The notes beneath the pieces are model-generated. The model did not search any database, had not been told where the DNA came from, and was given only the letters and a program-made list of their open reading frames with translations. A DNA stretch of 64,000 bases from Rebecca billardiae RCC1528. Taxonomy: Eukaryota; Protista; Haptophyta. Location of the stretch: assembly GCA_965240325.2 (NCBI GenBank), contig OZ251233.1:1860001-1924000 (forward strand), in the 5' to 3' direction. Of this stretch, positions 49,601 through 58,412 are shown piece by piece. The position numbers were made by a program, and so were the translations under genes. Numbering within the stretch: position 1 is the first letter of the stretch; each line of letters opens with the position of its first letter.

Positions 49601-51744
49601 ACGAGCTTCACGTCCACGCCCGCCGCGACCGCGTCGGCGTGCTGGCCGCTCAGCGCGCCCGGCGGCAGCGAGAGCCCGCCCTCGCCGCCCGGCCCGCGCA
49701 TCGACGCGTTGAGCAGCTCCTCCGGCATCGAGCGCCGCGCGCTCACGTTGAGCCTCGGACTCAGAGCCTCGACGGCGGGCTCACCCGCCAGCACACCGTG
49801 CAGGAGCGCGCCGCTGATCTTACCGGCCGCGCCTCCCACGCGCGCGCCGATCTCGGCGGAGGTCGACTCGTCCAGCCCGGTCTCGTTGGTGGAGAGCAGG
49901 CTGCCGAGCGAGCCGACGAGCGCGTCGCCGGCCTGCGAGTCGAGCCCCGTCGTCGCCGACGCGTTCGCCAGCCCGTCCACGAGCGTCGCCGCGCTGAGCT
50001 GCGACTTGGGCGTGAGTTGCTCGGGGCGCGCGACCACCGCCTGGAGTGTCCCCGAGCGCTGCGCGATCGCGGACGGGGAGAGCGGCTCGGCGGAGGGTGC
50101 GCTCGACGCCGCGAGCACGTCGAGCATCTGCTCGCGCGCGCGCGTCTGCACGCCCGCCGACGCGCCGCCGCCCTCCGCGCCGCCCTCCTCCGCCTGCGAG
50201 TTGAGCTTATCCGCGAGTCCTGACACCAGCTGCTGCGCGGTGCCCGCGTCTGCGCTCGCCGCGGCGCTCAGCAGCTCGCCCACCGCGCTCTCGTCCATGT
50301 GCACCTCGTCGACGAGGAGCGAGCGCGGCGCGTGCGCGCGCGTCTGCGCGCCCAGCGCGTCACTCACGACCACGACGATGGCAAAGCTCCCCGCAGGCAT
50401 GTATGCGCGGCAGTGCGGCGCGCCGCCCGCCTCGGCGAGCAGCTGCTCGCGCCTCCCCGCCGCCTTCTCGAGCGAGCCCGAGGCGGCGAGCTCGGCCACG
50501 TCGCCGCGCACGCGCGAGAAGGCGTAGCTCAGCGGCAGCTCCGAGTCCTCCCACCCGCTCGCGCGCAGCTCGAAGCTCGTCGTGAGCTCGGAGCCGCGCG
50601 CGGGCGTCACGCCGACGGAGCCGCCGCGCGGCGGCACGTTCACCATGACCGTCGTCTGCACCTCGGCGCGCAGCCCGCCCTCCGCCGAGCTCACGACGAG
50701 CCGAAGCGTGTACGAGGCGCCGGGCGCGAGCTTGCCCGGCTGCACGACGATGGTGGGCCGCTCGAGCCCCGTCGAGGTGAGCGTCGGGTCTGTGAGGTTG
50801 AGCGGGGCCGCGCCACGCGCCGACGAGGGCGCGAGCTCCCACCGGTACTCCCAGTGGACGAGGCCGTCTTGCTGGAAGCGGCGCGCGCGCTCGTCGACGG
50901 TCGCCTGCACCGCCACCTTGGCGTTGGGGTTGACGAGGCGCGAGCCGTCCGCCGTGGTGAGCGGCGGCGCGGAGAGGGTGAGCGTGGGCGCGTCGATGCG
51001 CGGCGGCGGCGGCAGCGCGGGCGGCAGCGGCGGCGGCGCGGACGGCGGCGGCGGCGGCGGCGGCGGCGACGGCGGCGGCGGCGGCGGCGCGCTCGGCGGC
51101 GGCGGCGGCGGCGCAGACGGCGGCGGCCGTGGCGGGCCAGCGGGCGGCCTACTGGGCGGCGGCGGCGGCGGCGCGGAAGGCGGCGGCGGCGGCGGCGCGG
51201 ACGGCGGCGGCGGCGGCGGCGGGCTCGGCGGCGGCGGCGGCGGCGGGCTCGGCGGCGGTGGGCTCGGTGGCGGCGGCGGCGATGGGCTTGGCGGTGGCGG
51301 CGGCGGCGGGCTCGGCGGCGGCGGGTGCGGCGGCGGCGGCGGGTGCGGCGGCGGCGGCGGGCGTGGCGCCGGCGGCGGCGGCGGGCTCGGCGGCGGCGGC
51401 GGCGGGCTCGGCGGCGGGCTGTACTTGCAACCCCGGTTCTCGCGGCGCAGCGCGGTGAGCGCGGGGTTGTAATCGTCACCCCAGACCGCGTTGAAGGTCG
51501 AGTGCTTGAAGCAATACACGAGCTCGTCGTTCTCGCCCACGCACTCCTTCGCCATCTCCCGCTCCCTGCCGGTGTAGCAGCCCCACTTGCCTCGCACGTT
51601 GCGCGCGTGCATGCCTAGCCTGCCTTGCACTGAGCAGTACTCGTCGAGCTTGCGTTGCGCGCACGAATACGTCGCACGCGCGCTCGACACGCACCAGAGC
51701 GCGGCGAGCAGTGCGTGCAGCGCGGCGCGACAGGCCCGCCCCAT
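46699..51744 (-). CDS. Polycystin-1-like REJ/GPS membrane receptor (1,681 aa): signal peptide, small Cys-rich head, ~140-aa Ser-Pro stalk, REJ, GPS, ~5 TM
   Basis: VNVPPRGGSVGVTPARGSELTTSFELRASGWED..LPLSYAF (REJ). CQYWSEERGEWCSDGC...CACTHLTDF (GPS). TM motifs shared with the 11744-28512 gene. Confidence 0.85.
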   Translation of the reverse strand: MGRACRAALHALLAALWCVSSARATYSCAQRKLDEYCSVQGRLGMHARNVRGKWGCYTGREREMAKECVGENDELVYCFKHSTFNAVWGDDYNPALTALRRENRGCKYSPPPSPPPPPPSPPPPPAPRPPPPPHPPPPPHPPPPSPPPPPPPSPSPPPPPSPPPPSPPPPPPPSPPPPPPPSAPPPPPPSAPPPPPPSRPPAGPPRPPPSAPPPPPPSAPPPPPPSPPPPPPPPSAPPPLPPALPPPPRIDAPTLTLSAPPLTTADGSRLVNPNAKVAVQATVDERARRFQQDGLVHWEYRWELAPSSARGAAPLNLTDPTLTSTGLERPTIVVQPGKLAPGASYTLRLVVSSAEGGLRAEVQTTVMVNVPPRGGSVGVTPARGSELTTSFELRASGWEDSELPLSYAFSRVRGDVAELAASGSLEKAAGRREQLLAEAGGAPHCRAYMPAGSFAIVVVVSDALGAQTRAHAPRSLLVDEVHMDESAVGELLSAAASADAGTAQQLVSGLADKLNSQAEEGGAEGGGASAGVQTRAREQMLDVLAASSAPSAEPLSPSAIAQRSGTLQAVVARPEQLTPKSQLSAATLVDGLANASATTGLDSQAGDALVGSLGSLLSTNETGLDESTSAEIGARVGGAAGKISGALLHGVLAGEPAVEALSPRLNVSARRSMPEELLNASMRGPGGEGGLSLPPGALSGQHADAVAAGVDVKLVSFGRNVHADPARLAARREACAALANATNATSPSLVERWRGACGNGTAPNGTRAADAAATSAAQQEPAALEAGQLLGTRLVSISLSAAGAGSPLKVHGLAEPIIIELPMAVDADAVSPLAAERETYLKCETERRARVAPIEAAARRGALAELHSRAPRAALASTWRNESWLVSTEWSWEAWRAAFAPHAPAAWLSRGPLFGLGPDLSALPECALPPPATCQYWSEERGEWCSDGCTTLALPRRRHGRARAGAPGVRAGGAGGGANGTNGTSAEHASDGDDDDEGALVLHCACTHLTDFCGMAVPTSGEELLEQITAVSINTFSLSDVGDALLHFDYAQYKDIYNLVFGLSAANALLLTVGCFFDWRQERAKTKAQTKAIVGALQTKQPREVRQRQEEAALSDRPVAHVAVAVPGSSGAAAAPKGWAVAREAVEERSPAIFSEFAAELGDKFRDEHTLLAVLFSTEKTYARAQLVQIFFNVIALELVVECMLYSPSEPPDPTVPPPPPAKTPLVTYIIESIITSCVCLPGLIVFKQLWYLNELWPFRYFVDMPSRAEMEAAAVAIQGAQRRQLALRKRSALERHKAKAPPAKAARPSALRAVAATPSPPGKGARPAALPADAAAPSPSASGARPSALHSAAHGMPPPSPGAASAAEPAKPAPVIPIWAASGGRKGSAPPGGRPGKSGPPRPPAGGAELAAKPGERTPSEAGSSDNSSERIDRIALGSPASARSREARLRDQARALASKARLLETQASRLELARADGRAVRAARKQADDAARAADAAQRQLTIEREGANAEVRSSSARTKRRSGLPNRTQTLGRRTKPQAQPSRGDGAPFASMIRGRRYARFDDDADAPRRCVLSRRQFGLLSWLSMGFCYVLCCSVIITYGKVIGADNAHDMIISWAVAMTQTFAVNEPSLMSISTAVPYLIRIVAHLPCCAPLFGYFEWLQDWVDSFWEHVAWFVEA

Positions 51745-52155
51745 GGCGGGTGGGCGCGGCGAACGAGCTACCGCTGCTCGCTCGTGACGTTCGCTCGCGT
51801 CTGCGCGTAGCCGTAAGATCCTCTGCTATTACTTCCGCCTCCCGCCGATTGATTGTCGTAGATGACGAAGCGGCAAGGGCCGCGAAGCGGGTTGTACCGC
51901 ACGCACGCCGTACCGCTCGGCATCGACGAATAATTGGAAAAGCGACGATCGACGCTTCTCCGCCCGCAAATAACCTCGACCGTTGGATCTCAATACGATC
52001 TGCGCACGATTCAACCGCTGACGAATCGAACCTGCAAGATCGGTATCGTACTGAGCAACCAGTAAGATCGTCGTAAAGAACCCGAACCGACTTGGTCTCA
52101 GACTGACTGACAGTTTGAAGTCACGATGAACGTCGCTCACTCGCAGCCTCAGCCT

Positions 52156-53555
52156 TCAGGCCACCTCGACAGGCTCATCAGCCGTGCCGTCGTACACGAG
52201 CTCGAAGCCGCCGACGGCGAGCGCGCGCGGCTCGGCCACTGCCTGCGCGGGCGCGTCGGTCGCGGGCATCGACGCCTGCTCGCCGTCGAGGAGGATGCGC
52301 CCGAGGTCGCCCACGATGGCGGCGCGCAGCTTGTCCGCGATCGCGGGCGAGCCGTTCACCTCGAGCAGGTGGACGCGCGCGTCCGCGTCGAGCAGGAAGT
52401 CAAACCCGAAGAGCTGGAAGGGGCGCACGCCACGCGCGGCCTGGTCGGGGGCGCGCAGCGTCTCGGCGGCGGCCGCGGCCACGTGCCAGACGATGCCCCG
52501 CACCTGCGGCCATACGTCCGCGCCCACGCTCAGCGCGCGGCTGCCGCTGCTGGAGGCGGCGAGCAGCGCGTCAAAGCCGTCGAAGAAAAGCTCGTTGCCC
52601 GGCTCGAACCGGCCGAAGCCCTCCGCCGCCGCCTCCTGCACGCAGTGGTTGGTCACGTGCGCGAGCGTGTCGGCGAGGGCGTCCGGCTCGTACGGCCTCG
52701 ACGAGGTGCGGCACACGCCGAGCCGGTGCGCGTACGCGCGGTATGCCGGGTCGAGCAGCACCCAAACTCGTATGTCAAACTTGCGGCCCGGACGGCCGGG
52801 CTCGCCCGGCAGCAGGTACGGCGCGCGCACGTACTGCTGCACGACGACGGCTGTGGAGTGCCGGCCGGACTCGACCTCGTCGAGCGCGGCGCCCGCGCTC
52901 GCGCACAGCGCGATGTTGTCGCCCTTCGCGCCCTGCGCGTCCTTCACGATCCAGCAGCAGCCCTCGGCGCCCGCCGCCGCCGCGTGAGCGCTCAGCAGCT
53001 CAGACCTGCCGGGGCGCCGCGCGCGCAGAGCGCCGCGCGCGCGGTCAGGCGCGGCTTGGTGTTGGCGCGCGGCGCGACGGGGCGCAGCACGCACCGCTCT
53101 TGCGCGTCCGCCGCGGCGAGCGCGCGCCGCTTGTCGGCCTGCACGCGCGACACGCTGCCCTCTGGCAGCGGCGCGTGCAGCGCAGACGGCGTGATCACAA
53201 ACGTCTGCGGGTGGCGCTCGTACCCGCGCAGGAGCCGCGCGAGCTTGCTCTTGCGCGTGAGCAGCGCATGGCCGCGGTACTTGTTAACCAGCGTCGGCGG
53301 GCCGTCCGCCAGCTGCGCCCACGGAATCGTCTCGCGCGGGCTCGCCAGGTAGACGGCGGCAGAGGCGACCGCGTTGCCGCCCGCAGACTCCGGCAGCGGC
53401 TTGAGGCCGCGCGCGACGAGAAGGCGCGCGATCTCGGCCGAGGTGCTCCCCGTGCCGTCGTGCTGGACGAAGGTGCGCGCGTCCCCATCCGTCGTGGCCA
53501 CGGGCGCATCGGCTGGGCTGTCGCCCGCCGCGGCGACGTGTTGGTGGATCGCCAT
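52156..53555 (-). CDS. Tubulin-tyrosine ligase family (TTL/TTLL) ATP-grasp protein; 2 exons (53555-53095, 53005-52156)
   Basis: LTRKSKL, HPQTFVI, WIVK, VVQQYV..PYLL, RKFDIRVWVL, HVTNHCVQ, FQLFGFDFLLD, LLEVNGSP; 89-bp GT-AG intron. Confidence 0.9.
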
Positions 53556-53675
53556 CGCCCGAACGGTCGGTCGCTGTCTCGCTGATCGCTCGCAAATTTC
53601 GAAACTATACCATAATCGCCGGGCGGCCGGAGCGTGTCCGGGCGAGGCCGTGAGGGTCGCGGCCTCGCGGGGCAA

Positions 53676-53747
53676 CAGTCTGCAGCCGGACCGTACCGGA
53701 CCAACCCCGGGGGGGTGTCCGGGGCGTAGGTCCGGGTCTGCAGACTG
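53676..53747. mobile_element. 72-bp palindromic MITE with 10-bp TSD
   Basis: CAGTCTGCAG...CTGCAGACTG, flanked by the perfect direct repeat CGCGGGGCAA (53666-53675, 53748-53757). Confidence 0.8.
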
Positions 53748-54105
53748 CGCGGGGCAAAAGGGCGCCGCCGCCCCGTGCCGAGCCGGTCAGCGAAGCTCGG
53801 CAAGCATCCGATGATACAGAAAACAGATATGATGACTGCTCATTGTCATTGACTCATCCGTCATCGTCAAAGTTTAAGTTGACGGCCCGCATCACAGATG
53901 ACAGTCATGACACTGTCACTGACTGTCAAGTGTCAGTCTGACAGAGTCAGAGGCACTCCGATCACCGGGCATATAGAAAACTGCTACTGTTACTGCTGCT
54001 CCTTCGAGTTAGAACGACGACCTAGTCATCTCGCAACATCTCAACACGCAGCTCAGCAGCGCAAGCGCATCTTCAACCTCGTCGTCGGACCGTGAGCCGA
54101 CGCCG

Positions 54106-54939
54106 TCACACCACGGCGCACCATGCGCTCAGGCCCCCGTCGCGCCGCAGCACGGGCCCCGAGGCGCCGTCGGCCGTCATGCCCTCGTACGACGCGTCCG
54201 CGATGATGCGGCCGGTGGGCTGCACGGCGTGCCGCGTACGGACGGCAGCGGCCAGCCTCCGCGCCTGCGACGCTGTCCAGACCCCGGGGCGTAGCGCCCA
54301 GCACCGCTCGTTCGGCCGCATGCCCCCGGACTCGAGCAGGAGGCTCGGCGTCGTGAGCGCGCAGCCGGCCGCGTGCAGCATCTCGACTGCATCGCCGAGC
54401 AGCGGCATGCCGCCGTTGAGGAGCGCGGCGGTGTCGAAGACCCACAGCTGGCGGTGCGCCCTAGATGCCTGTGCGCTCATCAGCGCACGCAGGCCCTGCA
54501 GCAGCGGCGCCCCGCCGAGCTCGTGCGCCGTGTGGAAGGCACCGATGTGCTCGAGCGCGCGCGTCATCGTCAACTGCTCCGCCGCAGGCGGCGCGGCACG
54601 GAGCAGCTCGTCGAGTCTGGCCTCGAGCCGCCGCTGCAAGGCGGCGTGAAACTCGGCGCGGCTCCGCGACTTGTGCGCGTGAAACGCCTCCAGCCTCTCC
54701 GTGTCCACGCACGCGGCGCTCCCGTCCGCACCGATCTCGATGCCGGCAAGATGCAGCTCCTGCGGCCGCACGCGGAGCACGGCGAGGTCGTCCTGTGTGG
54801 GATGTTCAAGCTGGCCGGTGCTGATCTGGTCGACGAGGGCGCAGAAGCGCGCGCTCGTCGCCTCGCCGCTGTGCAGCTGTCCGAAGAGGGTGTGCAGCGC
54901 CTGCTCTCCCACCGGCGCAGATTCCTCGTCGGCCGCCAT
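54106..54939 (-). CDS. Hypothetical protein (277 aa)
   Basis: Host-like codon usage, globular-looking composition, good start context (GCACGATGG); no family recognised. Confidence 0.6.
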   Translation of the reverse strand: MAADEESAPVGEQALHTLFGQLHSGEATSARFCALVDQISTGQLEHPTQDDLAVLRVRPQELHLAGIEIGADGSAACVDTERLEAFHAHKSRSRAEFHAALQRRLEARLDELLRAAPPAAEQLTMTRALEHIGAFHTAHELGGAPLLQGLRALMSAQASRAHRQLWVFDTAALLNGGMPLLGDAVEMLHAAGCALTTPSLLLESGGMRPNERCWALRPGVWTASQARRLAAAVRTRHAVQPTGRIIADASYEGMTADGASGPVLRRDGGLSAWCAVV

Positions 54940-54978
54940 CGTGCGCGAGCCTCATCGGCAGCAGTATTATATATATAT

Positions 54979-55681
54979 GTGGGGTTATTGGCACAATAAC
55001 TGATTGTCTAAGAGGACGGTGGGAGCGCAATGCGCCGTATGGTATCAACACCTGCCTGCCAATCGGCCCGAGGCAGGCGGCCGAGCGCAAGTCCGGCTGC
55101 CATCTTGGCCACCCTCTTCTCGTGCCACGAGGGTCTTTCGAGCCTGCTCTGTGCTCGCGCACAACGGCCCAGAACTAGCTAACTCGTTGTGCTGCTCCTG
55201 AGCTTTGAGCGGGTTGGCATGGTGGCTCTGGACAGCCAATTGGTGGCCTGGATTCTTTCATCTGGCGCCGAGCCGACCGACGCGGCCCTGTGTCTCTCTC
55301 GCTCACGCAGCGGACGACGCCCTTCGTTTCGGAAGCGCCCACTGTCCTGATGGCTGCAGCTGTTCTGGGCCTGCATCTTTCAGGGCGCCCGCCTCTGCAC
55401 GATGGTGCCTCGTGCCTCGCTCTCGTGCGGCTTGGCGGCTCTCGAGCTGCATCTTCCAAGCTGGGATCCATCTCACACCGCGCGTCTGTCGGCGTCGAGC
55501 GGCCAGTCCTGCCGCGCGCTCGGCCTGAGCGGCTGCCGCTCGCACTTTGTTTCCGAGGAACAAAAATCCCTTATTCAATGTATAGAGTCTGGTATCTCGC
55601 AGCGTGGCTCCGCCCTGCCCGGCGTGTGCCTCGCCTCCTCGCTGCATCTGGATGGCGCAGGCGCTTCGAGGACGGCTAGAC
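54979..55681. mobile_element. 703-bp TA-inserted hairpin element (GTGG...TAGAC family)
   Basis: The first ~41 bp and last ~15 bp match 42648-44391 (loop GCA instead of GTA); the interior is unrelated; (TA)n flanks. Confidence 0.8.
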
Positions 55682-55695
55682 ATATATATATATAT

Positions 55696-58084
55696 GGCGG
55701 GCCGTTTGTACAGTTTACTATGATTTAACGTGCGTGCACACTTGGTTAAGGCGTGATTGACGCCATCCAACACTGCACAAAGACACCGCCACAAAACAGA
55801 CCGGCGCAGGCAGGTGAGGGGCGCGTTGCCGCAAAGCTTTTCGTCAGAGCGCGTGGCAGCGTGAGTGAGGCGTGACACGCTCATCACGCGCAGCATCGGA
55901 ATCGCTTTTGATAGATCAGCACCGTATGCTGGGGGTATTCAGCAGAATTCATGATGGAATCGTCATGGATCGCTTTATTATGGCGCACGCCCCCCCCCCG
56001 AAAGGTCTGAGCGTGAGCGAAAGCCGGGGGGGGGGGCGGCGCACGTGCTCCGCAAAATCAAAAAGAGGATGCGCGCAGGATTTTGGGGATTTTTGTAGCA
56101 GATGTGACCGGACCCCTAGTGGACGCATTTCGCTGCCAATGATTGCGTTTGTAGTAGATGCTAATTTTAACGATAGTAACACTTAGGGGAATGCAGGGTG
56201 GAATAGCACATAACACCAGCCGTGTGTTCGAACATTCCGTCATAGTAAGATGCTTGAATTGTAAGAGCCTGAAACAGCTCGCCAACCATAGAAAAGAGAG
56301 ATTCGGTCGGCTTTTATGTCGCTTGAATAAGTAAAGTATTGCCGGCATCTGAAGTCATGAACCGTCGCTTCTCAGTGGCGGATATCATCAGGTTATGGCG
56401 CGATGTTCTAGGGCACGCGATCCGCATCGTTTCGCACGAACCCTCGCGGGCGACGAGATATATCATTGACGCGGGTAGCCCTTTAAGGCGTTCCCGTACC
56501 CGCGCGCGATTCATAACCGTACCTTTTCTGATTACTATAATTATCTCCCGTCGATTAATACTGCTCATCGCTACAAAAGGCGCTGCCACTGCCTTGGCCA
56601 CTGGCCACTGGCAAACTCGACGCGGGCTCGCGAACAGGCGGGCACTGCACGCGATCGTTCAATCCGACAAGACTCAGCGCCGGTGCGCGCAGATCTGCGG
56701 CGGGTCCCAACGGCCGTCGGCATCGCATTCGTGCCTCGTTCACCCCGCGCGCCCCGCCCTGCCATGCCTCTTCGGCCCAGTGCGTTTTCCAACCGAGCAC
56801 GTCGTCACTCGGTCGCACGAACGCGGCCGTTGTCGACCGGCTCGTAGCTGACCATTCGCGCGCCCGCGCGCGCCAGCACGCCGCACGCCGCGCAGCTGAG
56901 GCTCTCGGCATGTTCAGAAGTCGCTCGCCCAACCCTCACCGCTCACGCTCGCGCCGTCCATGACCATGGCCGAGCTGTGATGGCTGAGCCGCGTGCGGCG
57001 TGCTGACGGCTGCGCATGGCGGCGCGGCAAGCATTTGGCGCGCGAGCCGCGCGCTGACCGTGAGGAGGGGCTCTGGCGCTCACTCGACGGATGCCTGACC
57101 GTGCCTGACACGAGAGCCGTCGTCACTCGGTCGCACGAACGCGGCCGTTGTCGACCGGCTCGTAGCTGACCATTCGCGCGCCCGCGCGCGCCACGCCGCA
57201 CGCCGCGCAGCTGAGGCTCTCGGCATGTTCAGAAGTCGCTCGCCCAACCCTCACCGCTCACGCTCGCGCCGTCCATGACCATGGCCGAGCTGTGATGGCT
57301 GAGCCGCGTGCGGCGTGCTGACGGCTGCGCATGGCGGCGCGGCAAGCATTTGGCGCGCGAGCCGCGCGCTGACCGTGAGGAGGGGCTCTGGCGCTCACTC
57401 GACGGATGCCTGACCGTGCCTGACACGAGAGCCACAGGCTTAGATCTGCGAGCGGCGAGCCCGCGATGATGGCGAGTTGGCATATGCTACGGGCGACGCC
57501 GTGCTCCCCTCTCGCCCGTGCTCGCAGTAGTCCTCGCGCTCCGGGCCGTCGGCCGACAGCACCCGCGGCGGCACCGACGCGCACAGCCATGCAGCGGCCC
57601 TCGCACCGAGTGCATCGACGCGGCGGCGAGCCTGACAGACAAAGGCGTGCAAGGAGCGGCTACTGCGGCTGCGGGAGGTCGTAGATAGACAGGCTCGAGC
57701 CGCGGCTGCTCGCGACGCTCTTCCCCGCAGCGAGCTCGTCCGACGCTGCGCCGATCCCGCCGAGCGCGCGAGGCTGTGCGAGGCTGAGACGGGCGAGCTG
57801 CCGAGCGCGATCTCCGCGCTGCGCGCGGCCACAGACAACAGGGCTGCCCGATGCGCACCGGGCGGAGGCGCTGCGGCTGCTGCGCGTCGAGTTCGACAGG
57901 CGGCGCAGCCCCCCGAGGCCCGGGCCGTCGACCGCGTCGATTACTCGCGCCCGCGCCTCCTGCACGGCGACGCGCCGGGCGCGCGCATCGTCATTCGGTG
58001 AAGAACGCGACGACTATTGCATACCAGTAGGGCCGTGCGCCCTCAACTTCGTTGTTTACTACCCGAAGATCGGCGTAGCCGATC
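55696..58084. mobile_element. Putative 2.4-kb TA-inserted element with terminal hairpin
   Basis: Bounded by (TA)n tracts; ends in GATCGGC-GTA-GCCGATC; GTTTACTA near both ends; lower-GC left half with no credible ORF. Confidence 0.5.
56800..57433. repeat. Tandem duplication, period ~318 bp, 2 copies
   Basis: CGTCGTCACTCGGTCGCACGAAC...TGACACGAGAGCC at 56800 and 57118. Confidence 0.95.
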
Positions 58085-58412
58085 ATATATATATATATAT
58101 GTACTATATATATATATATTATTCGCGCCCTCGTCTCAGGCCCTCGAGGACGTCGAGCACGCGGAGCGGCGGAGCCACGATGACGAAGCCGAGCGCGCGT
58201 GTCGTCGTTTTCGGTACTATATTACTAACTACTAAGTCCGACGCACGCCGATTGATGACGACATGAGTATACCGATCTACATGCACCGAGAGCCGCCGTA
58301 ATAAGCCTAAGGCGTATCAGTCGGCCTTGTAACATTGTCAGGCACTACAGTAAGTCTAACTACTTCATCATCATCATTCAGCATCAGCAAGCTAGCTGTG
58401 CATTACGTCAGC

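Noticed and set aside
55760-56800. Decayed transposase or Fanzor/TnpB in the 2.4-kb segment
   Set aside because: No RuvC, HUH, DDE or YR motif seen in the frames examined.
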